DNA from: Savitreella phatthalungensis
Taxonomy: Eukaryota
Assembly (NCBI GenBank): GCA_051599415.1
Contig: AP039707.1
Location: 186,001 to 250,000 of the forward strand
Length of the DNA: 64,000 nucleotides
Direction: 5' to 3'
Positions 41,200 to 54,104 of this stretch are shown in pieces. The notes beneath the pieces are model-generated. The model ran no database searches. It was not told the origin of the DNA and saw only the letters and a list, made by a program, of their open reading frames with translations. Each line of letters begins with the position of its first letter. The stretch's first letter is position 1. Both the position numbers and the translations under genes were made by a program.

Positions 41200-42669
41200 C
41201 TAGGCAATGTAGGTCGAAGCCGATACGTTGCCAGACTTTGCCGTCCACTTGACGTGGATGTCCTGGCCCTCGGGATAGCGCTTGGAAGCGAACTGGGGAA
41301 GGATACGGAAGGTGTGGGCACCGAAGTAGTCGCGCTGGGCCTGGAGCAGGTTGGCCGGGAGCTGCTCGGTCGTGTAGCCGTCGTAGAACGACAAGGCAGT
41401 CGACAAGGCTGGTGCGGGAATGCCCATGAGAGCAGCCTGCGAGACAATACGACGCCATCCGGGCTGCGCCTTCTCGATTGCATTCTTGAAGAAGTCATCG
41501 AAAAGGAGATTCTCAAGCTCCGGGTTCTTCTTGAAGGCAGAGGTGATGTCGCCCAAGAACACAGAGCGAATAATGCAGCCACCGCGCCACATCAAAGCGA
41601 TGCCGCCGAAGTTGAGCTTCCAGTTGTACTCCTTAGCTGCGCCACGCATGAGCATGAAGCCTTGTGCATACGAGATGATCTTGGAGGCGTATAGAGCCTG
41701 CTCGAGGTCATCGATGAGCTGCTTCTTGTCTCCCTCGAACTTGGGCGTGATGGGCACCTTGCTCAGGGCCTTCGAGGCGCGCACACGCTCGTCGCGGATG
41801 GCCGACAGGCAGCGAGCGAAAACAGCCTCGCCGATGAGAGTGACCGGCAGGCCAAGGTCCAGAGCATTGATAGCGGTCCACTTGCCGGTACCCTTCTGGC
41901 CTGCGGAGTCCATAATCTTGTCGACGATTGGCGTTCCGTCGTCCTGGTCCTTGAAGCGAAGGATATCACGGGTGATCTCGATTAGGAACGAGTCGAGAAT
42001 GCCCTTATTCCAGCTCTCGAAAACGTCTGCAATCTCATCGCAGGACATACCAATCGACCGCATGATGGAGTATACCTCGCAGATCATTTGCATGTCACCG
42101 TACTCGATACCGTTGTGGGTCTGCTTGACATAGTGACCGGATCCCTGCTGACCGACCCAGTCGCAGCATGGCTCACCGTCTGCCTTGGCGCAGATGGACT
42201 GGAAAATGTCCTTCACATGTGGCCAGGCCGCGTCAGAGCCGCCGGGCATCATCGAGGGTCCGTAACGAGCACCCTCCTCGCCACCGGACACGCCGGATCC
42301 GATGAAGTAGAGACCCTGCTTCTCCAGGTAGTCAGCACGACGGTTTGAGTCAGGGTAGTGGGAGTTGCCGCCGTCAATGATGATATCACCCTTCTCGAGA
42401 TGCGGGATAATCATCTCGATAAAGTCGTCGACAGCGGATCCTGCCTTGACCAGGAGGACGACGCGACGTGGGGTCTTGAGGTTCTTGCAAAGTTCCTCGA
42501 TTGAGTGTGCACCGAAGATCTGGGTGTCCTTTGCCTCATTCTCCAGAAAGTGGTCGACCTTTGAGACGGTGCGGTTGAACACACCGACCTTGAAACCGTG
42601 GTCGTCCATGTTGAGAACGAGGTTCTGGCCCATAACGGCCAGACCAATGAGACCGATATCGCACGACAT
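41200..42669 (-). CDS. GND1: 6-phosphogluconate dehydrogenase, decarboxylating
   Basis: DIGLIGLAVMGQNL, GVSGGEEGARYGPS, HNGIEYGDMQ, QKGTGKWT, QAQRDYFGAHT. ATG at 42669. Confidence 0.98.
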   Translation of the reverse strand: MSCDIGLIGLAVMGQNLVLNMDDHGFKVGVFNRTVSKVDHFLENEAKDTQIFGAHSIEELCKNLKTPRRVVLLVKAGSAVDDFIEMIIPHLEKGDIIIDGGNSHYPDSNRRADYLEKQGLYFIGSGVSGGEEGARYGPSMMPGGSDAAWPHVKDIFQSICAKADGEPCCDWVGQQGSGHYVKQTHNGIEYGDMQMICEVYSIMRSIGMSCDEIADVFESWNKGILDSFLIEITRDILRFKDQDDGTPIVDKIMDSAGQKGTGKWTAINALDLGLPVTLIGEAVFARCLSAIRDERVRASKALSKVPITPKFEGDKKQLIDDLEQALYASKIISYAQGFMLMRGAAKEYNWKLNFGGIALMWRGGCIIRSVFLGDITSAFKKNPELENLLFDDFFKNAIEKAQPGWRRIVSQAALMGIPAPALSTALSFYDGYTTEQLPANLLQAQRDYFGAHTFRILPQFASKRYPEGQDIHVKWTAKSGNVSASTYIA

Positions 42670-44561
42670 GCTGATCAAAGAAGATATGAAAGAGAAACTC
42701 TTTGGCTCACTTTGTCTTGACTTTTCACAGAGTCAGACGTGCTACTCTCTGCCAACGGAGAAGGTGCTCGACTGTACGGCAATACCGCTGCGATAGCAAA
42801 TCGTTGCGTTGCGATGCGATGGGTCAACTGCGTTGCGTAGTGGTAGTGGAACGTTTGCAGTTCGTCTGGGTGCACGCAGCTTGCCTTGCTTGCGAGTCCA
42901 CCCTCCTCGTTCCACAGCAATCGGATTAAATTCGCTTGCCCACCTGCCCGCCTGACTGACTGGATTTTCATCCGTAACTCTTCCAATCTGAACAACGTTG
43001 TGAAATTCAATCAGCTTATTCCCTCTCAGATTTGACTTCGGCGAAAGAGCGATCTGAGGGAGTTTGGATTGGTCGATTGATTCCGCGCAATGACAAGTTT
43101 CTACGGGATTGTCATCATCATCACCATCATCATCAATCAGCATAGCATACTATTGCTCACTTATCTGCGTGACACAGCGCCTAGTAATAGTCAATTTTGA
43201 ATGCCACCAAATAGTAGCAACAGGAGAAGCAGCAGATGCAGCAATTCCCGACTGACCACATGAGGATCGCTATCATCTTCATTTAGGAAGTCTTTGAATA
43301 TTTACTTCAATTATCGATGCAGTGGGCACTGCTGCATGCGTCCATGAAAGACGTACTGAATACTCCGACTTGCTCTGAAGCCCGGCTAGTTGACACCTGT
43401 AAAGCCTTGTACCGTCTCCATCATCTTGACATGAGAGAGTAGAAAATCTGGTCTGTGTGTTCAAGCTTTACGGAGTTTCCCTGCGAGTGTTCAAAATTTC
43501 GAAGAGGTCAGCAGTCTTGATCTACTTCAGACATGTTATCTGTTGGGATGTCCGGATCCCAAGGGAATTTCCTGTAAATTCTTCAATCTGCAGCTGCAAT
43601 CAACTTCACTTGCTGGAGGAGGATTTATTTCAACCACAGATGCAGAGCACAAATCTTACGGTGCATGCCCCGCGAGCTATAAGGTTGCTCAATCGCCGAA
43701 CGATCCGAACCAGAATGGCATGCACAAGATGATTCACAGGGACACAGCCGGAATCTCTGACAGTTGAAATGTGCTTTAGTCGATATTGTGGTCCAAAGAA
43801 TACACATGTCACTAGCTATCGATAGGCGCTGTATGAATCAACAAGTGCCACTTTGTCGCGTTTCCGACCTTTCTACAACGAACACCTCTGCCGGCGGTTC
43901 GTGGACGAAGGGTGAGCGAGAAAGTTTGTGCTGTACGTCCTTGGCGAACCTGGTTTGTCGGAGATTGATGCTCGCGCATGGCAGCGGGAATCTTGCGTTC
44001 CGATTCTTGAGCACAATAGCTACCGGTTCGCTGCTTTTGTCGTGTTAATCCATAGAGTCATTCCGCGCGTATTGGAAGACGAGAGCTCAATGGAAGGCGT
44101 GCAAATACGCTGCACCTTTGGCAGTTTCGTTCTCCACGTGTTACACTGGGTTTAGTAGCCAGAGCAAGCTCTGTAGACTACGCCACCTGGGCCACACAAT
44201 GGAAGATATCGGACTGATCGAGTCCTGAAAATGCTCGAACTTCGTTTGGCCGCGAAGGTGCCTAATCGATCTATCTAACCTCAAAGTCTCCCTAGAACCC
44301 TTTTCTTCTTTCTTCAATTCAAATTTACCTAGGCTATATCTATTTCTCTGCCTCCGTATTCTGTCGGAACGCGAATCCGACCGTTTTAGTTTGGCGAAAA
44401 GCTATTGAAGGAGGAAAATTGAATTGGACTTCGTCAGCATGATACTATGAAATAATATAGTAGTGCGCAGAACAATAATTATCTCCCTCAGAAAAGTTTC
44501 TTAATTTCACTAGAAGCGATCGCACTTCTCCAATCGTTAGGAGCTGGAACCAGCGAGAGCC

Positions 44562-44591
44562 AGAGAGAGAGAGAGACACACACACACACAC
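44562..44591. repeat. Compound (AG)n(AC)n microsatellite upstream of ATP2
   Basis: agagagagagagagacacacacacacacac. Confidence 0.9.
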
Positions 44592-44734
44592 GCACAGCGA
44601 GAGAGTCTCTGAGCCATAGCCAGAGCGACGACAACGACGACGACCATCACCACCGTCGTCCTGCACAATCTTGGCTACTCCCAGGAAGCACGTTCTCACC
44701 TGCCACCAAGTTCACCGTCATCAGGTTTACTTAA

Positions 44735-46345
<1,611 letters not shown>

Positions 46346-46400
46346 GACAAAAGACTGTTTTTTCTCCTCTAGAGAGGCCCAAAATGCTATGCATTCAAAG

Positions 46401-47319
46401 CTACGTTAAAGCTACGTTACTGTAGACGTCGAACCTGCGTTGTGTGGTGACCGGTATACTAAGTCGAACCTCGCCCAGTCGGCCAGGCTCCAGGTCGGCA
46501 TAAATGATTTCCTCTCCCGTGCCAGCCTTTGAGATCACCTGTCCGTTGGGGTCAACGACGGTGGAATGTCCCCATGCATGGTAGGTAGCTGACATATCGC
46601 GCGCTGGCGAGCACATCGCCACGTAGATCTGGTTATCGACTGCGCGAGCTCGTGCGAGCAGCTCCCAATGCAAAGGTCCTGTCGTCAGGTTGAAAGCACC
46701 GGGGTAAATCATGGCAGCACAGCCACTCCGAGCTGCAATCTGACACATTTCCGGGAACCGCACGTCATAACAGATGGCTATGCCGACACTACCGTAGGGC
46801 GTGTCGATTTTGGTCAAGCTGTTGCCAGGACTCAGGCACTCGCTCTCCTGGAATTTGATCTTGCCGGGAACATCAATCTACCGTCAGCGTATGCGACACG
46901 CAATGCGATACTGTACTTACGTCAAATAGGTGTACTTTGCGATGAATTCCGACGAGCTCCCCCTTGTCGTTGAAAGAGAGACTTGTGTTGTAGAGCTTCC
47001 CCGTATCTTTGGATCGCTCGGGTATCGAGCCACCGATAAGCCAGACGCCATTGTCTTTCGCCATTGATTGGAGCGCATGATACGATTCACCAGGCGGATC
47101 GATGGTTTCTGCATAGTCGTCAAAGTATTGAGTGCCGTAAGGTGAGTTGAAGCATTCCGGAAGCACAACAACCCGAGCCTTGCCTATGGTTGCAGCCTCG
47201 GCCACGCGCAGAGCAGCATTTTTGAGGTTGGTGAGCTTGTGGCTACCTGTCGCCAGCTGGATGAGCCCGACTCTGAAGGGCTTGAAGCCCTTAGGAATGA
47301 GCGACGCTGCCGTGGGCAT
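46401..47319 (-). CDS. NIT3: Omega-amidase (Nit2/NIT3 nitrilase family), 2 exons
   Basis: Exon 1 is 47319-46921. Intron 46920-46878 reads GTAAGT...GCTGAC GGTAG, and splicing restores [20 protein letters not shown]. Also [33 protein letters not shown]. Confidence 0.93.
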
Positions 47320-47484
47320 GGCTTCCAATCAAACGACCTCGATGTCTTTCGTCGCGAATTGGCTTTCGCCGCGTTTCAACGTTGCCCGTGCATCACGATC
47401 AACGGCATAGAGTATACGTGATTGACAGAAATAAATGCATTTAACGCGATGAATGACAGTCCTTCAGACGCGTCGCACTCCAAG

Positions 47485-48534
47485 ATGTCTGACTCCCTGG
47501 ATGAAACGTTGACGCGTGCTGCGAAGGCATATGCGGACGAGGCCTACGACACTGCTGCAGACCACTATGCTCGCGCCTCGGAACTACTGACGGAGCAGAA
47601 TGGAGAGGACTCTCCGGATAACGCTGATGTGCTCTTTCTCTACGGACGCGCACTTTTCCAGATTGCCAAGCGGCGCAATGAGGTGCTCGGAGGGGCAGTG
47701 CGCGGAGGCGGCTCTGGCAAGGATGTGTCACAACTGCTCGCCGCCGCTGTGCCAGATGCAGGCAAGGCTCCTGCCAAAGATACAGAAGAGAATCGGGAAT
47801 TTACCTTCGGAGGCGATCTAGAGGAAGAGGAGGAGCAGCCGGAACTCGCGAGCGACCTACCTGTGGACGCCGAAGACGATTTTGAGAATGCTTGGGAAGT
47901 GTTAGATCTGGCACGTATCAGTTTCCAGAAGCAATTGGAATCAAAAGACTCAAAGTACGATGACAAGAGCGGCGTGCGGAAACGAATTGCAGAGTCCTAC
48001 GATCTCTTGGGTGAGGTGTCACTCGAGAACGAGAACTTTGACCAAGCTGCCGCGGATCTCAGAGAGGCTCTACAACTGAAACTCGATATCTACCCAGCAG
48101 AGCACTCTGAGATCTCAGGCGGTCATTACATGCTCGCGCTCGCGCTCGAATATTCGACAGGCGACAAAGCCCGTTCTGAGGCTGCGAGACAGGTCGAACT
48201 TGCTTGCGCATCATTCCGGAAGCGTTTGAAGCAGAATGAGATGACGAGCCGCGAACGACGAGATGAGGAGGAGATGCTTAAAGAGCTAGAAGTCAAGCTC
48301 AAGGAACTCAAAGAACCTCGCCAGGTCCTGGACAAACAGCAAGTCGCCGAGCTTTTCGGCCTTGGCGGTGCTTCAGCAGGCAACTCTGCCACTCAGGCAC
48401 TCCGTAATCGTGTCGCTGACGCTCTCAATACATCAAACGACCTCTCAGGCCTCGTCCGGAAGAAGGAAAAGAAACGCTCGGCCAATGAGCTCAGCTCGAC
48501 AGATGAGAGCGAGAAGAAGCCAAAGCTGACTTAA
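47485..48534 (+). CDS. sim3: NASP/Hif1/Sim3 SHNi-TPR histone chaperone
   Basis: NADVLFLYGRALF, acidic insert, DDFENAWEVLDLAR, LGEVSLENENFDQA, C-terminal NDLSGLVRKKEKKR NLS. Start is ATG 47449 or 47485. Confidence 0.88.
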   Translation: MSDSLDETLTRAAKAYADEAYDTAADHYARASELLTEQNGEDSPDNADVLFLYGRALFQIAKRRNEVLGGAVRGGGSGKDVSQLLAAAVPDAGKAPAKDTEENREFTFGGDLEEEEEQPELASDLPVDAEDDFENAWEVLDLARISFQKQLESKDSKYDDKSGVRKRIAESYDLLGEVSLENENFDQAAADLREALQLKLDIYPAEHSEISGGHYMLALALEYSTGDKARSEAARQVELACASFRKRLKQNEMTSRERRDEEEMLKELEVKLKELKEPRQVLDKQQVAELFGLGGASAGNSATQALRNRVADALNTSNDLSGLVRKKEKKRSANELSSTDESEKKPKLT

Positions 48535-48590
48535 GGTGACATACATGTGACCGCATCGAATATGATAACCATCATCATCGGCTTGACCTG

Positions 48591-49298
48591 TCAGGCCGGA
48601 CATCTGCCGAAAAAAAGGCTGAGGCACATCGTGACAAAGCTAGCAAACCCAACGGGCACGACGCAGAAGATGCATACTTCCAACAGATTGACGAATCGAT
48701 CGTGCTCCTCATCCTCGAGCTCGTGGTCTGGCTCGTCTCGTGCCGATCGTTCTGCACCAGAAAGTCTTCTCCGTGGCCGTTGCCGTGCGATGTGCGATGT
48801 CAGCCAGTCCTGAATGATGTATGCCATCGTCAAGAGACAGGAGATGAGAATCCAAGCTGGCAAGAGAAGATTGAACCGCTTTGCTGTGCCTATCATGAAG
48901 TGCGTGATATAATAGTTGAACGCATCCAAGGTCAAGAGGCGCACAAGACACGCGCGAGGTCCATAGTTAAACATCCAGCGCAACATCAGACCATCTGTGA
49001 CACTGAAAGATAGGTAGCTCGCCACGCAGCACCACAACAGCGCAGCCGCCGGCTGCCAAGGGTACTCCGGGTTTCGGTACGCTTCAATGTCAAGTAGATA
49101 GCGCGAATCCCAAAGCAGCCGCGGTAGCCAGACCAGGGCTGCATACGTCGATAGTGACTGTCGTCAGTATTCGATATAGACTTAGGCGACGTCATATTGC
49201 TCGCAACGACGACTTACGCGTGCCGCGAACAGCGGAATTCCATATTTCTCGTCATATCCCAGGTTTCGACATAGCTTGAAGACGTTGGCGCCAAAGAA
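48591..49298 (-). CDS. EOS1: EOS1-like membrane protein (multi-exon; 5' end unresolved)
   Basis: Exon 49298-49218, intron 49217-49158 (GTAAGT..TACTGAC GACAG), exon 49157-48591. A further intron lies at 49342-49299. Product: GIPLFAARSLST...WCCVASYLSFSVTDGLMLRWMFNYGPRACLVRLL...LLLPAWILIS...ASFVTMCL. Confidence 0.7.
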
Positions 49299-49582
49299 CT
49301 AAGGTCAGTCACATCACCATGAGACCATGGGACGCTACATACTGTGTAAGTGAGCCGCGCCAGGTTGCCGGGAGAAGAGGCTGTCTTTCAGGGCTGTAGT
49401 ACGCTCTCCGTACTATGTATGGTCGGAGTGGTAACTTCTCCACAAATCCCTAAATCTAGTGCTCGACTCGAATCTCGTGAATATCTGCACGATAAATGAT
49501 GGGACAGGCAGGCACTGCGGCGGTACACAACTATTAGGTACATCGCGGCTTCTTCAGTGTAAGCAATCTATGTCCTGCGGTA

Positions 49583-51181
49583 ATGTCCGTACAGCCAAAC
49601 TACGGTTCCTCCTATGGCCTGGGGCCTGAACTTGACCTCAGCGACTTCAACACGGTCCTTACAATTCTCGGCGCCTTCATCGGAGTGCTTGGACTGATTT
49701 CTTATGTAGTGAAAGAGCGACTCTACATCTCTGACAGCCTGGTCGCAACATTGCTAGGCATTGCCTTCGGTCCTGTCGCGGCCAATTTCGTGCGACCCGC
49801 CAGCTACGGTAATGAAGATAGGATCACTCTGCCATTCACGCGACTCGTCATTGGCATCCAGCTAGTCCTTGCAGGCATTCAGTTGCCTTCCATGTACATC
49901 ATCAAGCAGTGGAAATCTATACTGATGTTGATCATCCCAATCATGACGATCAAGTGGGTGGTCTCGGCGCTCGTTATACGCCTGGTCTTTCCAACTCTGA
50001 GCTACCTAGAGAGCCTTGTCATCGGCGCTTGCATCACTCCAACTGACCCGATTCTTGCAAATGCCATTGTCAAGGGCAGATACGCAGAGAAGTACGTGCC
50101 GGAACACCTGAGGGACATCATTTCCGCGGAAGCCGGCGTCAATGACGGATTTGGCTATCCTTTCCTATTCCTCGCAGTCGCCTTGCTCAAGGTCGAAAGT
50201 CGTGGTGCAGCGATTGCAGACTGGTTCGTTCATGTTTGGTTGTACGAGATACTCCTGTCCGTAATCTACGGTGTTGCAGTCGGGCTTGTTGCTCGGAAAC
50301 TTCTCCAGCTCTCGCTGCACCACAAGTGGGTCGACCAAGAGTTCTTCCTCGCTTACTTCCTGTCACTCTCTCTTTTCGTGCTCGGCACTTGCGGACTCAT
50401 AGGCACAGACGACCTGCTTGCGGCATTTATCGCCGGTAACGCGTTCAGCTATCTCGACTTCTATCGCGATCAAACTTCGGACGATTCCCTGCAGACGACG
50501 CTCGACACTCTTCTCAATCTCAGCATCTTTTTCTGGATCGGCGCCACAATGCCATGGGAAGCAATGAAAACCATTGACCCGGGCTGGCGTCTGGTAGTCG
50601 CTGTCCTCGCAATTCTTGTGTTCGGACGTCTGCCATGGATACTTGCGATGTGGAAATTTATTCCCGAAGTGCGTAGCTGGAAGGATTCTCTCTTCGCCGG
50701 CTGGTTTGGCCCCGTGGGTGTGGGTGCGATCTTCTACGCTCAGATCGCGCTACCATACTTTGCGGATGACACGAGCTACATTGCTCTCTACCAGCACATC
50801 AAACCTATCGTCTACGCCACGGCGCTCGCCTCGATCACGGTACATGGCATTACCGTGCCAGTCATGCGGCTCGGCGTCAAAGCTCCAGCTGGCTTTATGT
50901 CTCTCACAAAGTCATTCACAAGATGGACGGCGCCGCCCGTGATGCTGCCCGTGGCCGGCCCTTCGGGTCCGCCGTCGGCTGCTGTCAGCCGCAGGCCATC
51001 TCTTGATCTCGTCGAGGTGAGACGACAAGCAGCCCTTTCACATCCGACAGCATCTGACGTTGTGCAAACCCGTTCACCTGGAGGGCCGACAATAAAATTT
51101 GTTTCTGCGCATGAGGCGGCGACCATGTCGACCTTTGGCCGTCGTCACTCGCAACCGCATGACGCTGCTGAAGAAGTATGA
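49583..51181 (+). CDS. NHA1: Na+(K+)/H+ antiporter, Nha1/Sod2 family
   Basis: KERLYISD, ACITPTDPILANAIVKG, AEAGVNDGFGYPF, GTDDLLAAFIAG, FAGWFGPVGVGAIFY. Confidence 0.9.
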   Translation: MSVQPNYGSSYGLGPELDLSDFNTVLTILGAFIGVLGLISYVVKERLYISDSLVATLLGIAFGPVAANFVRPASYGNEDRITLPFTRLVIGIQLVLAGIQLPSMYIIKQWKSILMLIIPIMTIKWVVSALVIRLVFPTLSYLESLVIGACITPTDPILANAIVKGRYAEKYVPEHLRDIISAEAGVNDGFGYPFLFLAVALLKVESRGAAIADWFVHVWLYEILLSVIYGVAVGLVARKLLQLSLHHKWVDQEFFLAYFLSLSLFVLGTCGLIGTDDLLAAFIAGNAFSYLDFYRDQTSDDSLQTTLDTLLNLSIFFWIGATMPWEAMKTIDPGWRLVVAVLAILVFGRLPWILAMWKFIPEVRSWKDSLFAGWFGPVGVGAIFYAQIALPYFADDTSYIALYQHIKPIVYATALASITVHGITVPVMRLGVKAPAGFMSLTKSFTRWTAPPVMLPVAGPSGPPSAAVSRRPSLDLVEVRRQAALSHPTASDVVQTRSPGGPTIKFVSAHEAATMSTFGRRHSQPHDAAEEV

Positions 51182-51222
51182 TAAAAAAAGATAGAATGGA
51201 GCAAGTCTAGAATCTATGAAGT

Positions 51223-52497
51223 CTACGCCTTGACTGGGCGATTCATCGCACCATCAGCGTTAGCGCCGAGCCCGTGCACGTTGTGATAGAAGACGACGTC
51301 TCCTTCGTCATCCACCCATTGGCAGGTGCGCGCAGCGCGGAACAAGGCCACAAAGAAGTTTGTTTCATCGCGCTGGTAGTGGTTACCCATGACCTTGCGG
51401 ATGTGAACGGTAGCCTCGTCAGCATTGTAGAATGGAATGCGAGCGATGAGGTGATGGCAAACATGAGTTTCGATGATGCCATGGAAAATGTGACGGCCGA
51501 CGAAACCGAGCTCGCGGTCGATAGTGGCAGCTGCGCCACGCGCATAGTTCCATTCGCCCTCGCGGTAGTGGGGAAGAGCCGGATCAGTGTGCTGTAAGAA
51601 GGTGATCATAACGAGATTGTTGTTGACGACGAGATAAGGCAGAATGTAGTAAAGGATGACTGCAGCCATGCCAAAGCGCTGTTTAGCGAGGTACAGGCAG
51701 CCGAGGGCAAAGGCGAGGCCGATGTCAGAGAGCAAGATCTCGAAGCGCTGTTCGGGCTTGAAAAGGGGCGAGAGCGGCCAGAAATGGTTGACCTCCTTGG
51801 TCGAGTGACCTTCATATTTCTGCCCAGTCACGTTCATGAGCAGATACGCGGGCCAGCCTCCGATCTGCTGCTGCACAAGGTGCCAGGCAGTCGCAATTGG
51901 CGTCTCCTCAACGAGTTCGGCGAAGCGCGATTCGTCGGCCGCATGCTCAGGGAATTTTGCTGGGTCACCGCCGCACGACTGAATTTTCTGAGAGCGCGTC
52001 TTCGGCACAAAGACGGTATCTTTGCCGAGATTGCCTGTCTGCTGATGGTGACGGTGGTGGGAGAACTTCCAGGAAAAATATGGCACGAGAAGCGCTGAGT
52101 GGAGAATGAAGCCGACGGTGTCATTGAGTTGCTTCGATGGAGAGAATGCCTGGTGTCCACATTCGTGAGCCAGAACCCAGAGACCGGTGCCCACGCAACC
52201 TTGAACAACGGCGTAAGCGAGCCAGGCCGCGGCACGCAGTGGGAAGCTGGGCAGGAGGTGGATATAAGTCGCAGCGTAGCCAATTGCGAGCACAAGGACG
52301 AGATCGCGAGCAACGTAAGAGAGGGAGCGAATGGCGCTGCGCTCAAAGCAGTGCTCTGGAATGGCATCATAAATCTCCTTCATAGTGTAGTCTGGCAGCT
52401 TGAATTCACGTCCATACGTGTCATAGAACGTCTTCGCTTTGTCCACCACAGTGGCGGAACGCTGCCGAGCTTGCTGTTCAGCGGTGGAGGTAGACAT
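51223..52497 (-). CDS. FAD2: Delta-12 (omega-6) fatty acid desaturase
   Basis: His boxes HECGH, HHRHH and HVCHH, plus AIPEHCFERS and ITFLQHTDP. First ATG is at 52497. Confidence 0.93.
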   Translation of the reverse strand: MSTSTAEQQARQRSATVVDKAKTFYDTYGREFKLPDYTMKEIYDAIPEHCFERSAIRSLSYVARDLVLVLAIGYAATYIHLLPSFPLRAAAWLAYAVVQGCVGTGLWVLAHECGHQAFSPSKQLNDTVGFILHSALLVPYFSWKFSHHRHHQQTGNLGKDTVFVPKTRSQKIQSCGGDPAKFPEHAADESRFAELVEETPIATAWHLVQQQIGGWPAYLLMNVTGQKYEGHSTKEVNHFWPLSPLFKPEQRFEILLSDIGLAFALGCLYLAKQRFGMAAVILYYILPYLVVNNNLVMITFLQHTDPALPHYREGEWNYARGAAATIDRELGFVGRHIFHGIIETHVCHHLIARIPFYNADEATVHIRKVMGNHYQRDETNFFVALFRAARTCQWVDDEGDVVFYHNVHGLGANADGAMNRPVKA

Positions 52498-54104
52498 GAT
52501 TGATGTTGTCCACGACAAATAGCGTCTTGAAATGTCGATAGGCAAGGACCGCCTTTTGAACTTTCCAAAAATCACGTACAATATCGGGTTTTGCGGAAAT
52601 CTTCCCTTCCCTCTCTCTCCTCATTTGTTCCACTTTTGATCAGGGGTCGCGGTTTAAAGTTTGATCTCGCCCATGCATTCGATCGACCTACTCACTACAG
52701 TGAGTATACTTATCGAATCAATAAGTTGATTCAGATTTTCCATTTGATCCGAAGCTACCAATTTCAGATCATAGTGGCGGTTTTACGTCCGGGCTGCCAT
52801 ATGCATGTAGGTATGAGTGCTCTGTGGCAAGATCAAATTTCTCGCAGGGTTAGTTCTCGATGGTGTTCGCAATTGAGCTACAATCTGCTTCGCCTCGAAA
52901 TATCATAGGCCCCCTCAAAAAAGGGCTCGATATGATTGACTTTCCTATTCTAATGCAGCGCCAATCGTGTGTGCTGAGTGTCCGATCGAGCCGATGGATG
53001 GAAATTGTAGGGATATAGAAAATTCAAGAAATACAGAGACTTTCAATACAATGCACGGAGCAGAATTGAACCTAGCTTGTTGAGTAATCTATTGCGAGAT
53101 CACGTGCATGGAATCTTTTATTGACTATACAATATATATGGTAAAATTTGCCCTCTTATCGATAGGCTGCTAGCCACAAGATCAAGTCTTAGAAGTTTTT
53201 CGATTCACAAAATTGAATGCATGTGATTCGCATCGGCCGCAGAAGTATGCTTTGGATGGCTAGACCTAAGGATTGGCGATCTAGATGAATATTGGCTGAT
53301 CAATTCGGAAATCTGGCTGATGATCAGCCTACCTGATTTGCCATACAAACCTGTCCGAGCATCTTCCCGACCCAAAGTCAAACGTGTCATCTGACAAAAC
53401 ATTGATATGATCCCCGTCTGGTCAGAATTGGACTTTTATCCCTCAAATTCTTATTAGCCAGAACAACCATAATGTCAACAACCATTCATATCCTGATTTG
53501 AGCGTATTTGACGGCGGGGCACCAAGTAAAATGACCTCTCTGAGATTCCAATTGCCTAGCCAATCGGTGGCTTGACAGTTCAAATTCGAGTCTCATGGCA
53601 ACACAGGCATCAGAGAACATGCGCAGGATTTTTTACGATAGCCTGTCATAGGCCGATCCAAACACTCGGATCGGATATCCTTTGATCCCGGAGGACCAAG
53701 AGATCTGCGCAACCCTGGGAGGAGGACATGGTGTCTTTTGCTTTGATTGAACACGGGCCCGCTTCCGCGGAGTCTCTTTGGCTCTAGAGCCCATTTGAGA
53801 TGCCAAATCTGTATCAGGTAAGGCGGCCTTCTCTTCTGCTCGCCGGATGTCTGGTCGCGGCATGAGCCTGAGCCACCAGTAAAAGATGTGTGTGCATTGT
53901 AACCATGCGACGGTGCTTTGATTCCAACATGACATATAGACAAGTAGACCAAACATTAAACCCGAAGAAGGAATCGCGTCGCCGACTGCGTACCTCCTCC
54001 GTGACTCAAGCTTAGACCTTGCGAGCGACTCTTTCGAAAAGGTTTCTCGCTGGAGGGGCATTGTGTGACATGCAATACTGGAGCCTCTGCGGAGAATAAA
54101 GACC

